Shown here in pieces: positions 12,680 to 26,094 of a stretch of 64,000 nucleotides of DNA. Position 1 is the stretch's first letter, and every line of letters starts with the position of its first letter. The stretch comes from Octopus sinensis. Taxonomy: Eukaryota. The stretch is taken from assembly GCF_006345805.1 (NCBI RefSeq), contig NC_043001.1:34348001-34412000 (forward strand), in the 5' to 3' direction. Both the position numbers and the translations under genes were made by a program. Under the pieces are notes generated by a model. The model was not told the DNA's origin, searched no databases, and saw only the letters and a program-made list of their open reading frames with translations.

Positions 12680-13976
12680 AGGAAGTTAATTGTTATGACC
12701 AGTGAGATATTGACTATTGGTTTCGCGCCCATAATGCGCTTAGTCGTATAGGGCGACTCGTCAGACTCAAATGGCCGTAAATACATAACCTCTCTAGAAT
12801 TGGAGGGAGAAAGATCTCACGGTCAGTTAGTTATGTAAACAAAAAATATCCATCCGGAGTGGCCGTGCTGGAGGTGTTCCAGCAGGACAGTGTTATCCCC
12901 CTTACATTGGTTCCAGCTGCAGCATATTCAAAGAGACTGCGGTGGTTCTATGAGGAATTCCAATTTTGTAATAGGAAACGTTTCAGGTGAGGACATTGAC
13001 AAAATACTTCTTTCCAGTATCCTAAAAGTGAACTTGTGGTTGTTCAGACGTTGTTTAAAATGGTCGCCGGTAGAACTGACATATTTCCGTGTCTGTGTAC
13101 TGGATGTGCTCCCACCGCTGATGTTTCTTTCGTTAACTTCGTGCCTGATTTCGTTATTAATGTGGTCGCAGGTGCTGTTGCTGGAGTCGCTGTCGTTGCT
13201 ACTATTCCTGGACGTGACCCTGGTGATTCCGTTGTTGCTGGCTACAATGTAGTTGCTATTGCTGCTGTCGTATCTGTAGGTATTGTCTCTGCTGCTGCAA
13301 CTGCCATCGCCGCTGCAATTGTCGTCACCATTGCTGTTATTGTCGGCAGATGTGTTGTTGCGGTCTACGCTGTTGTTCTTGTTACCAGAGCCGGCCACCA
13401 TCTCAGCCTGATGCATGAACCCCTCGGCCTCGCATCAACCTTCCCACCCCGCCACCGCCTCTGAGCAGTCATTGTACACTCTACACGATCATCCCGCCTC
13501 TGCTTGCAGCTCACTAATATTTTCTTAATACTGGGTGCGCAACCAAAAGACTCTTAAGTTGTGCCTGTTAAACAAACGTCCGTATCTGTGTGACTGTGAA
13601 GAATTTATCCACTAATCTAAGGAAAATTCTTCCCACGCAAGTCTTGACGTTGAGTGAAAAGGGTGGGGCAAAGTAAACGACTTTACGGTGGTGCTTCCTT
13701 TTGTAGTTGCTAGGATCTTGCACATAGGAAATCGGTCCTTGAACCCACAGGACACCAGAGCCTCGTTGTAATAGGGAGGCGCGGCGTCCACACCATAGCC
13801 ATTCCAGATGCATATATTCTGTTATCAAAACTAACTGACCATGACGTCTTCTTTCCTCCAGTTGTAGAGAGGCTATGTGCTTACGCCATTTGAGTCTGAC
13901 GAGTCACCTATACGTCTAAGCGCTTTATGGATGCGAAACCAATGGTCATTCTATGACCAGCCATAATCAACTTCCT
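12680..13976 (-). mobile_element. 5'-truncated Penelope-like retroelement with inverted terminal repeats
   Basis: Minus-strand remnants RKHHRKVVYFAPPFSLNVKTCVGRIFLRLVDKF, FNRHNLRV/GCAPSIKKI and RKYVSSTGDHFKQRLNNHKFTFR (PLE post-RT linker and GIY-YIG region); inverted repeats of about 185 bp at 12680-12867 and 13794-13976. Confidence 0.85.
13892..13951 (+). ncRNA. Type I hammerhead ribozyme motif in the PLE terminal repeat
   Basis: CTGACGA 13896-13902, stem II, GAAA 13935-13938, stem III ACC-aat-GGT, GUC triplet 13945-13947, stem I gagt/attc. Confidence 0.65.
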
Positions 13977-14204
13977 CTATATATATATAGAAGCCTGAAG
14001 GAATGCCGCAAGGCATTTTCTTCCGTACGCTAATGAATCTATCAGATCGTCTCCACCTTTCATAATAGTAATAGTAATTATCATAATTCTTCTTCTTCTT
14101 CTTCTTCTTTCTTCTTCTTCTTCTTCTTCTTCTTCTTCTTCTTCTTCTCTATTTCATGTACCTCGGTGTTTCAACACCAAATAAGTCTACTTCATACACT
14201 GATT

Positions 14205-14400
14205 TCAAATTTTGGCACAACCTAGCAGCTTCAAGGAGCGGGTAAGTCGATTACTGATACTTATTTTATCAACTCCGAAAGGATGAAAGATAAAGTAGAC
14301 CTCGACGTAATTTTAACTCTGTAGATAAAGATGGACGAAATGTCGCTAAGCATTTTTACCCGGCAGGGGTAACGATTCTGCCATCTCGCTGCCTAAGGTC
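14205..14400 (-). mobile_element. Meta-type SINE, degenerate
   Basis: gaaaggatgaaagataaagtagacctcgacg...gattctgccatctcgctgcct. Confidence 0.75.
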
Positions 14401-14924
14401 TACTTGTTATATTGCAATTTTATCAATTGAACAAGGTTGCTGTTGTTGCTTTTTGGCCCCAGGTTAACCCCGATCGAACAGATCTGGGATCAGGACAATC
14501 CTACTCTGACCACTCTATATTTTTCCGCTTATGTTATATGCATCATATAACGTAGTCTTCCCTTATTTAACATGATAATATATAACTGGAAAGAGATGTG
14601 ATTGGTATTTCTAACATGTACAGAAATCTCATTAAGGCTTTCACATTTGGGCCCCTGAGGTAGAACAATTGCGGTGAACTGACCGAATGGATATGATATT
14701 CGACAAAACAGCTCCACGGTTTGCAGTTCAAATTTACACCAGGCAATTTCTTGTATATTTGTCTTCCGTGTCGATCAAGTGTTTATCAAGCACCATAATA
14801 ACTTAGAACATGTTTCAAATTTTGGCCCAATGTCAGCTGGAACGGAGATGGGGGTAAGTCGATTACATCGTTTCCAGTGCTCTACTGGTACTTATAATAA
14901 TTTAGAATATTATCTGCAATAAAT

Positions 14925-15135
14925 GCCGCAGCGAGCTGGCAGAATCATTGTCCCTCTGAGCCAAATTCTTAGCGGTATTTCGTCCGTCTTTACATTTTGA
15001 TTTCAAATTCCACGGAGGTTGACATTGCTGTTCATCCTTTGGGATCAATAAAATAATAAGTACCTGTTGAGTATTGAGATCGATGAAATCGACTTAACCC
15101 CTTCTTTGAAATTTCTGGCTTTGTGCCAACATTTG
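14925..15135 (+). mobile_element. Meta-type SINE, degenerate
   Basis: gcgagctggcagaatc...cttagcggtatttcgtccgtc...ttcaaattcc. Confidence 0.75.
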
Positions 15136-16419
15136 AAACAAATATATAACCTGCAATAGACTGGGTTGGGGAAGGTCACATCCGCTGTAAGTTTTATCCC
15201 TCACTGGATGCACGTCATGAAAAAAAAAAAATAAAGCAAAATATCAACAGAAATAACTTGTCCTTTAAAATCATTTTGATGCTCAGGAAATATCCATAGA
15301 TTGTGCAGAGGTCGTGTACAAACCGAAGAATGCTAAACTCCGTGATCGATACTTCGTCTTCACAGACATTGTGACTCCTTGTTAACTGACATAACGAGTG
15401 TTTTCAATTTGTAGGATAATGTCTTTTCAGATATGTTTGGCCTTTCTTTTTTCATATTTTAGGAGAATTGCGTGTACTGTTTGATGTTGTCGCTGTTGCT
15501 AACGTTTTTGTAAATGTTATGGCTCAATTTTGTTTAAAAGCCTTTCTAATGGTGAGATTTAACTGACAAAGTGAAAGAAAATGTGTTTAAGAGAGAAAAG
15601 GAGAGAAGAAATGTGAGATGCCTAAAATATTACAAAGTAACACTCTAAGTATCTCTCTCTCTCTTTCTCTCTCTCACACACACATTTACGTACACACAGT
15701 TACAGAAACACACACATACATATATGTCCACACGATCACACACATATACATCCATACAAAGATTCCTAAATTACATACACACATACAAACATACATACGT
15801 GTATCAATCCATCCATCGATCCATCGAAATATACACAACTACATGAAAGCATGTGCTAACACCTAAAATCATGCTGGTCTCAGAGGGCCTTTGAAAGTAT
15901 AGGCACAGTTCTTTCATCAAGTCAGAACCAACTTAAAATCTTCAATAAGGGCACAAAAGCCCTCGGTAGATGAAATATGAAAAATAGAAATAAATAATGG
16001 GAGTGAAATACATTGTAAAAAATTCTAAGCCTTGACATTATACTGAAAATCACAGCTAAACGCCAAGTCTATATGTTAATTCAGATTTATGAGGAAAACT
16101 TTATAAGATCAGTTAATAGGAAGATTTAAAAAAAATAACGATAATGTTAGTGACGTAAAATATCATCGTTATTTTGATAATATAGATAATATTCTCATTC
16201 ATAGGTTTACTCAGTAGTTGGATTTCACTGCATCATTCCGGTTTTAGTCCCACTATGAGACACCGTGGTCAAGTGTCTTCACGATACGTGGCCAGAGGAG
16301 ATAAAATTTTTTAGTGGAGATAAATAAATCTAATGCTAGTTATCGCACTTGAAAGTCTGGAATTTAGTTACTTGCCTCACCAGAGCTGTTGTCAGCCATC
16401 ACAATTCGATTTGTTTTTA

Positions 16420-16830
16420 CTCTTGTTTACTCTTTTACTATTTTACTTGTTTCAGTCATTTGACTGCGGCCATGCTGGAGCACCGCCTTTACTCGAGCAA
16501 ATCGATCCCAGGACTTCTTCTTTGTAAGCCTAGTACTTATTCTATCGACCTATTTTGCCGAACCGCTAAGTTACGGGGACGTAAACACTCCAGCATCGGT
16601 TGTCAAGCGATGTTGGGTGGACAAACACAGACACACAAACACACACACACACACAATCAAACACACACACATACATACACACACATATATACATATATAC
16701 GACGGGCTTCTTTCAGTTTCCGTCTACAAAATCCAGGAGGCCATAGTAGAAGACACTTGCCCAAGGTGCCACGCAGTGGGACTGAACCCGGAATCATGTG
16801 GTTGGTAAGCAAGATACTTACCACACAGCA
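16420..16830 (-). mobile_element. CORE-type SINE
   Basis: cttgtttcagtcatttgactgcggccatgctggagcaccgcc...gaagacacttgcccaagg...ccacacagc. Confidence 0.88.
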
Positions 16831-16847
16831 AACATTAACTTTATTAC

Positions 16848-17250
16848 AAAGGCGGTGAGCTGGCAGAATCGTTAGCACGCCGGACGAAATGCCTAGCGGT
16901 ATTTCGTCTGTCTTTACGTTCTGAGTTCAAATTCTGCCGAGGTCAACTTTGCCTTTCATCCTTTCGGGATCGATAAATTAAGTATCAGTTGCGTACTGAG
17001 GTTGATCTAATCGACTAACGCCCTTCTCTCAAATTTCAGGCCTTGTGTCTATATCAGAAAGGATTATTAACGTTATTACAAAGGCGGCGAGCTGGCAGAA
17101 TCGTTAGCACGCCGGACGAAATGCTTAGCGGTATTTCGTCGACCTTCCGATCTGAGTTCAAATTCCACCGATGTCAACTTTGCTTTTTATTCTTTTGGAG
17201 TTGACAAAATAAGTATCAGTTAATTACTGGGATCGGTGTAATTGACTTAG
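16848..17250 (+). mobile_element. Two tandem Meta-type SINEs
   Basis: ggcggtgagctggcagaatcgttagcacgccggacg at about 16851 and 17083, both preceded by ttattacaaa. Confidence 0.88.
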
Positions 17251-17264
17251 TGTACCTACGTCGC

Positions 17265-17299
<35 letters not shown>

Positions 17300-17300
17300 G

Positions 17301-17556
17301 AAGTACAAAATGGGGCAAGAAGGCAAAACATCCAAATAGACGATACAAAAAACACGGACGGGTCATTTGAAACCTCTAATTTTCAGTCAAGAACCGGATC
17401 ATCCTCGCAATTTCGGCTGATGATCGCTGGCCAACTACTAGCCCTTTTGCTTCGAACCACGGGCGCGCCAACATCGCCCTTTTCGTCTGCCGTAAGGCTT
17501 AATTCTCAAATACGCCAGCTGAATTCAATTCGTCTCGAGTCGAAAGACGCCTGTTG

Positions 17557-17615
<59 letters not shown>

Positions 17616-17879
17616 TTATTATTATTATTATTATTATTATTTGTATTTATGTTCGTATTATTATTTTTTTTTGTATTTATATTCGTGTAACATCGTCCGT
17701 TTTTCTGTCCTTGTTTCGTATACATTCGATCCTTTTTTCAAGGAATCTAATGCTCTTAGCTTAGTTTTTTCTTGTGGCTGGCCAGATTGGAGCAATCTCA
17801 AGATTAATCAGCCAAAATTGCGACCCGTCCGTGTTTTTGTATCGTCTATTTGGATGTTTTGCGTTTTGGTCCCATTTTG

Positions 17880-17884
<5 letters not shown>
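17301..17884. repeat. Inverted copies of a dispersed repeat (possibly a PLE terminus) between (TA)n tracts
   Basis: 17301-17420 (aagtacaaaatgggg...gcaatttcggctga) is the reverse complement of 17808-17884, which has an internal deletion. Confidence 0.75.
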
Positions 17885-17930
<46 letters not shown>

Positions 17931-17995
17931 GTATATATATATATATATATAGCGGCGTAGTACACTTTGTTCTCTCTCCATATATATACACATAC

Positions 17996-18067
<72 letters not shown>

Positions 18068-18199
18068 TATATATTAATATATATATATGTATATACACAT
18101 ATATATATATGTATATATATATAATGTATATATATATTATGTATATATATATAGTATATATATATATATATATATTATATATAGATATATATACATATG

Positions 18200-18281
<82 letters not shown>

Positions 18282-18633
18282 TGTACATATATATACATAC
18301 ACATACACACACGCACATATATGAAACACAGTATATAAGAAGAGATACTGAGATAGATACATAAATAGAAACTAATGAATGGATTTAGCCAGAGTGAAGG
18401 AGAGAGAAGGATGAAGAGAAAGTGAAAGGGAGGGAGTAAATGTGCGTGAGTGAAGGATGAAGAAAAAAATTTTGTAAATGTAATTATATTACGTATAATG
18501 TATGGCAGGGTCCATTGTGTGACCTTGAAATTGTAGAATGAAGACGATGCTGTTAGAGTTGAAACCCACAACTAAATAAGAGGTCAAGATGAGACAAAGA
18601 AGGAGTGATAGATAAATAGATAGATAGATAAAG

Positions 18634-18673
<40 letters not shown>

Positions 18674-19179
18674 GGAGAGAGAAGGGGGTTTCTGAGAAAA
18701 CAGAGTGAGTCAGTTAAAGGGATATATGTCGAGATTTAAAAGTTCGAGTCCATCCAACGTTATTATTGTTAAGCTGCTGATTACAGTTGATCTGTCATGC
18801 CAGATAAACCTTGAGATTTATTGATGAGCAGGGATGGTGCTGGTTGTACTGGTGGATGGAGCGGTACATATGGTTGCAATGGTGATGGCTGTAGCAGCCA
18901 TTGCGGCTCTGATGGTGCATGTTGATGTAGCGGTAATAGTGGTGCTTGATGTAGTAGTATTAGCTGTAGGGACTGTAGCGTTACTAGTGTGGTGGTGGTG
19001 GTAGTTGTGGAGGCGGTGGCTGCGCATACGGTTGGTTGTAGTACTAGTGGTGCTATGTACTAGCTGTTGTGGTAGTAGCAGCGGTTGTGGTATTTGTTTT
19101 AATGATGTAGTTCCTCTGATGTATTAGCAGAAATTATTATTTGCCCTTCTGCCAAAATTTGAACCCATTATTATCATTA

Positions 19180-19551
19180 TTAGCAGAATCGTTAGCATGC
19201 CGGACGAAATGCTGAGCGGTATTTTGCCTGTTCCGACGTTCTGAGTTCAATTCCACCGAGTTTGACTTTGCCTTTTATCCTTTCGGGGTCGATAAATTAA
19301 GTACCGGTCAAGTACTGCAGTCGATGTAATCGACCATCTCCTTCCACCATATTTCAGGCCTTGTACCCAGAATAGAAAGGATTATTATTATTATTATTAT
19401 TTTTATTAATTCCGCCGAGGTCACTTTGTCTTTCATCTTTTCGAGGTCGTTAAAATAAGTACCAGGGAAACACAGGGGTTGATGTAATCGACTCACCCCC
19501 GCCCCCAAATGGCTGCCCTTGTGACAAAATTTGAAACCATTATTATTATTA

Positions 19552-19598
<47 letters not shown>

Positions 19599-19730
19599 CG
19601 CTGAAGAATCAGACTTTGCTTTTCACCATTTTGAGGTCGATAAGATAAGTACCAGTTGAGTAATGGGGTCGACGCATCGATTAGGCGCCCCCCACCTTTG
19701 CCTGTAGTAGAAAGGATCACTATCAATATT
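19180..19730. mobile_element. Meta-type SINE fragments in alternating orientation, separated by (ATT)n
   Basis: Repeated gtcgataaattaagtacc and gatgtaatcgac segments. Confidence 0.75.
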
Positions 19731-19767
19731 ATTATCATTATTATTGGTTTTGTTGTTGTTGTTGTTG

Positions 19768-19821
<54 letters not shown>

Positions 19822-19955
19822 TATTATTATTATTATTGCCTTTGCACAGCTTCTAACGCTGGAGGTGTATTACAGTGTCAGCTGTTCACTACCAGTGAAC
19901 TAAAGTAACACCCCTTAATTTTCGAGCACCATCCGAAGTATTCGAGCGGTTCCAA

Positions 19956-20017
<62 letters not shown>

Positions 20018-20864
20018 GTTTGTTGTAGTAGTAGATGAAGAAATAGTAGAATTAGTAGTAGTTGTAATACTCGTTGTTGTCGCTGTCGCTGTTGTATATA
20101 GTTCAGGTGAAGCGTGGTCAAGCAGAACAATGATCAAAAGTTGTAGTCTTGTTTGGAGTACCGATGACCACCTAAGAGTATCTAATATGTTCTTTATTGG
20201 ATTCACTTGGTGCCTATTTCAGGGTTATTTAGTAGCCATTTTTAAAAGGTCGAATGACCAGTTAGTAGCTCTCTCGTTGGCTTTGCTCCTATACTTGTCG
20301 CGTTGTTGTTACTTATAACAATGAATATTGGTAGTGACTAAAGTTTTTTGTTTATTTATTTATTTATTTCATTTATTTTATTTATTTGTTTATTTATGTA
20401 TTTATTTATCTATACATTCATTCATTTTATTGGTTTGGTTCAGAGCAGGCGCTATGCACACGGCCTTTGTAGACACAAAGAGACTGGTGAAATCTACGTG
20501 GTTAGCTTTCCCCTTCAGACAGTTTGCGGTTTGGATGTTAGTTACGGGTAGTTTAGCTCATTATCGATGGTGACAATGTGAGATGGTGCCGATAGGTCGG
20601 GGGTATTTAGTAGTACAAGAGGAAATTGGTTTTACTATTGTCGTAATGCACGTGAAGTTAACCTCAGCAACGACAGTAGTAATTCTGTTCATTATTGTTA
20701 TTGTGGTGGTGGTGATGGTGGTTGGGGTAGTATGGTTGATGATGCTAATGATGATGCTTTTAATTTAAGAGTTCCTTTTGGAGAAGTCCTATCGCAATAA
20801 AAACTGGTCTGTCGCCATCATAGTTTTTCCCATTGTTGTTGCTTATGTTATTGGTATCATTGTT

Positions 20865-21100
20865 TAGCGAGCTGGCAGAAACGTTAGCACGCCGGGCGAA
20901 ATGCATAACCGTATTTCGTCTGCCGTTACGTTCTGAGTTTAAATTCCGCCGAGGTCGACTTTGCCTTTCATCCTTTCGGGGTCGATAAATTAAGTACCAG
21001 TTATGCACTGGGGTCGATATAATCGAGTTAATCCGTTTGTCTGTCCTTGTTTGTCCCTTCTGTGTTTAGCCCCTTGTGGGTAGTAAAGAAACAGGTATTA
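20865..21100 (+). mobile_element. Meta-type SINE, young full copy
   Basis: Close to the in-window consensus, with tail gtttagccccttgtgggtagtaaagaaa. Confidence 0.9.
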
Positions 21101-21359
21101 TTGTTTAGAGTAAATTCATTCATTAATCGAACAAACCTATGATAAAGACGTTCCAGTCGTAACCATCGCGTCTTTTGGTGTATTCAGAACAATTACATTT
21201 TCAACGTGTCCTCCACTTTTTAAAATGGTAGCGTGTGATTAGGCGTGAGGGCCAAGTTGATGTTATTACCAGCAGGCCGAAAGACCAAGGGAATTTTTTT
21301 CCCATGGACTCTTCATTCCCCCCAATTCGAGAGAAATTTATTTACTAGTATATTTTGAA

Positions 21360-21510
21360 GTGTGAAGTCCCATAGCCTAGTGGTTAGTGTGTTATGTTAT
21401 GACCAGGAGGTTGTGGGATCGATTCTTATACTGAGTGGCGCTTTGTCTCCTTGAGTAATGCACTTTATTCACGTTTCTCCAATCTACTTAGCAGAACATG
21501 AGTACCCTTT
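21360..21510 (+). mobile_element. V-type SINE, old copy
   Basis: cctagtggttagtgtg head, then ccttgagtaatgcacttt...catgagtaccc. Confidence 0.5.
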
Positions 21511-22641
21511 AACTGTCATATTTTCGATGTTCGGGTAGGTGAAGAGTAGGAAGAGTGAGAGTATATTTATGTCTGCTTATGATGACATAGGTATCTAAAA
21601 CAATTAGCAAAACCATGGTACATGACACTAAGTGATACTCGCTTGTGAGTGACTGCTATTTTGGTGTTTGATATTTTCAAGTAGGATGAATTGAACGTAG
21701 AACTGTAAACCAACAAGTCGCACACCAAATCTACAATGCAGCTTCGTCTTTGCTTTCTTTGTATGCAATAACATTTCCTTTCTAACTTCGGCTCGGCTCC
21801 AAACCTTTTTACTACCAAAAAATCCTTTTGAAAGCTGTCTGTCCAATAAGACAATATTAACTCATAACGAGCATATTATCCAGTTTCATCTCTCGGATGA
21901 AAGATACACGTAATTAAATAATTATATAAGTAATTGCGTAATCATACACTTTAGACTGCAACCTTTTAACATTTTGAAAACATCTTACGGTTCTCTTGTG
22001 CTAACATTTTGGACCTTCAGGAGTTAGCAGAGCATAAGCTTGATGCTTTGTTTTATAGTATTTCTATATCGACCCCAAAATCTTGAAGATGAAATGCACA
22101 ACTGATCTCAGCAGGATTTCTGCACCAAACACAAAGAATCTAATTAAATACCATGTTCATTTTGTCCGATGTTCTAACGAGTCTCCCAATCCACCCACCA
22201 GAAGTATTTTCTGAGTTTAAAATGAAAAGCATATGTACCAAAAAAATACATGGGTGTTGACTTATCGAATATAAGTTTTATTTTAAAAAGTATTGTCATG
22301 AATAAAAGTGAAATCAAAAGCTGTTGCTATAAATGTTACAAGGTGCTTTATCTACCTTTAATAAATTGCCTGTACCATATCCTTCGCAATATCACGATGG
22401 CAACATCACTTTCCAAATATTCAAACATCACCTTTCCAAATGCTTGACTTATTGCTCTAATGTCCATTTTGTGGTCGAAAAATGCGGCAACGCAGTTAAA
22501 AAATGGTAATACTGAAAGCCGAAAGTATTAAAACACCCACGAAACAAAAAAAATCAGTTATAAACAAATAAAAATGCATTGATAACACACACACACACAC
22601 ACACAGAGACACACGCACACACACACACGCACGCGCGCACG

Positions 22642-22686
<45 letters not shown>

Positions 22687-22789
22687 CACATGCAATCTCA
22701 GACTTGTCTGCCGTCTTGAAAGGAGTAATGATAGCGCTGGCATTTCTGAGACCGGTGACCATTTTCTCATGTCCAGATTAACGCAGTGC

Positions 22790-23280
22790 ATGGCAAACTA
22801 TAGACAACATCTCCATGAAATGAAAATAAGTCATAGGACATATCTCAAGAAAATCGTACCGATCCAATGGTAGAGCAGACAGAGGAATGGCAGCGTGCAG
22901 GAACAAGCCAACATTTGGTGCATGGATACAGTAGTTTCTCGACAATCGTGTCAAAGGTGTCAAATGCCTGGCAATGTCGTGTAAATAGCGAACTGTCGGT
23001 TGCCCAAACAAGGGGCTTCCCGAGAGTTGAAAGAAGGAAAGTGATGAGCCATTGCAAAAGAATAGCGAATAACTTACACAAATATAAAGGGATCGTTCAT
23101 AATGGCGAGCTTGTATCTTTATTATAAGCCAGTTCCTTCATCAGAGGGAAAATATAAATATTAAACGCTGAAGACATCATACAAGTACATCCCAACAATA
23201 GGGGTTTGTATCTTTACAAGAAACCAGCTCCTTCTTCAGAGGAAGAATTCAAATAATTAAACGTAGAAGAGAACATACAT
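22790..23280 (+). mobile_element. Probable PLE fragment (linker/Zn-knuckle) followed by a two-copy repeat of about 96-bp period
   Basis: MKISHRTYLKKIV and CQRCQMPG[frameshift]CRVNS resemble PLE linker motifs; near-duplicate segments at 23107-23180 and 23203-23280. Confidence 0.45.
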
Positions 23281-23372
23281 GCATACATACATACATACAT
23301 ACATACATACATACATACATACATACATACATACATACATAGATACATACATACATACGCATATATACGTGC

Positions 23373-23405
<33 letters not shown>

Positions 23406-23481
23406 AAATATACATACATACCTACCTACTTACATACATAAATACATATATATATATATACATAATACACACATACACATA

Positions 23482-23549
<68 letters not shown>

Positions 23550-23688
23550 AACATACATATATTTGTATATATACATAAATACATGCATTAATATATACAT
23601 ACACACACATATAGTTATATATATATGTATATGTGTATATATAAATATTTTATACATATATGTGAATATACGCATGTACATACATACA

Positions 23689-23721
<33 letters not shown>

Positions 23722-24133
23722 GTAGATATATTTGTACACACACATACACACACACTAATACACACTTAGAGACATGCACACAGAGACAAAACAAAATTTG
23801 TTTTAGTTCTCAATCATCAGCATTAGGCTGAATATTGCTTTAAAATTACGTTAGAGAACAGGGCTGTGGTACTTATCGAATGTTGCCATACTTGTTCGAT
23901 ATTTTTTCCTAGTGAGTTTCACATATCAATGGTTTCCAGGAATCGATTGGATCTAAATGAATTCGCGTTCGTGATTGATCACCAAATAAAGTATTCACTG
24001 AAGCAATTCGCTGAAGAAGGAAACGAGCAATTAAAGCAAGGATCTCGACATCAAAGCAATATATGGAATCTGAAGCGAGATCACATATATACAATCATAT
24101 ATATATATAAATATATATATATACAAACACACC

Positions 24134-24167
<34 letters not shown>

Positions 24168-24354
24168 CATACATATATATATATAGATAGATATATATAC
24201 ACATATACACACATATCTGTTTATTTATCTCACCATCAATCTATCCATTATCTAACACCCTACATGTATGTATGTATGTATGTATGTATGTATGTATGTA
24301 TGTATGTATGTATGTATGTATGTATGTATGTATGTATGTATGTATGTATGTATA

Positions 24355-24595
24355 TAACTGTTCAGTTTTATTTCAAGATTTCTTGCCAATAGAGAAAGTG
24401 TCGGTTTCTAACCTAGGTCCAAGGCTTCTTCATTGTAATTTCAACATCAACAACAGGGTATTTTTGTTTGTTTGTATGTATGTATGTAATTATTTAGTTA
24501 TATTTCAAGATTTCTTGCCAATAGAGAAAGAGCCGGTTTCTAACCTAGATCCAATGTTCCTTCACTGGAATTTCAATATCAACAAGGTATTTTTG
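24355..24595. repeat. Two copies of a unit of about 110 bp embedded in (TATG)n
   Basis: atttcaagatttcttgccaatagagaaag...tttttgtatgtatg at 24355-24466 and 24488-24595; third copy at 60741-60851. Confidence 0.85.
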
Positions 24596-25034
24596 TATGT
24601 ATGTATGTATGTATGTATGTATGTATGTATGTATGTATGTATGTATGTATGTATGTATGTATGTGTGTATGTATGTATATGCGCATATTTGTATGTTTTG
24701 CTTTATGTATGTATTCTCATGCATGTAGTTGCATATCTAGACATGCTCATATATATTTAAATGGTAAACTCTTGGGAAGTTTTACAAAATTTTACAGTTC
24801 CAGTGATGGATTGGATCTGTAGTCTTCGAATTAGCTTTCTCCGTTTTTATTTTAAGAAGCCTAATTTCTCAAGGTTCGTATTTAGGCAGTGTTTTAGATA
24901 TCCCAGGGTCCCAATAATTACAAGTATAAACCCGAACTTGTAATCTGGATAGAGTAACTGCATTTATGTATATATGTATGCATGTACATGTGTATGTATG
25001 TTTATATATATGCAGTATATATATATTATATATA

Positions 25035-25089
<55 letters not shown>

Positions 25090-26029
25090 GTGTGGTGTGT
25101 GTGTGTGTGTGTGTGTGTATATTTTTTTCAACGAGATAACATGTTCAAAAGAAGCCATATTTCATCACTTGTAATAAAGAATTCAGAAATAAGTCTGAGA
25201 GTCCTAGAAAATATATCTTGTTTCCTTGCCGAACAGTGGAAAGTAGATCCAGCGGAAAGCAAGACTACAATTTAAGGATTGAGTAAACTCCGCTGAAGGC
25301 AAGCGAGCGATGTCAGGTCAATTGGAAAGCAATACTTACTGTCGTTACAAATAGAGGAAACAAGTAAAAGAAAGAGTGGGTAGTTTCGAAAAAACACGTA
25401 TATATAGGAACAGAAATGGGATTTAAAAATTACTACAGCTGTTTCGCTAGGATTTTATTGATGTATTAATAGATTGTAATATAACATAAATCCACCATCT
25501 TCAGGTAAAATTTTAAATAGGAAAAACCCAGGCAAAGTCAAACTTTGATGGTGACTTATTCAACAAACAACATGATGAATAAAGGATATTTTAAGAAAGA
25601 ACAATCGAATTTTACGGACTATAACAGATATTCTAGGCGGAAAAAGGTGAAAACAATATTTCAAGCAGTTATCTTAAAATACCTACCTACCTACCTACCT
25701 ACCTACCTACCTACCTACCTACCTACCTACCTACCTACCTACCTACCTACCAACCTACCTACCTACCTACCTACCTACCTACCTACCTACCTATTTATCT
25801 CTCTCTCTCTCTATCTATTTATCTATCTATCTATCTGTAAATCTATCTGTGTATCCGTCAGTCTCTCCGTCTGTCTGTCTGTCTGTTTGTCTGTCCGTAT
25901 GTATGTATGTTGTATGTATGTATGTATGTATGTATGTAGTATGTATGTATGTATCTATCTATCTATCTAACTACTTGTCTACGTAAGAATCTGCTTGCCT
26001 GCCTGCCTGTCTGTTTATGTGTCTGTCTG

Positions 26030-26094
<65 letters not shown>

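Noticed and set aside
20430-20551. CRHKETGEIYVV resembling a kinase subdomain II
   Set aside because: No glycine-rich loop, no catalytic Lys and no fitting splice sites; probably chance
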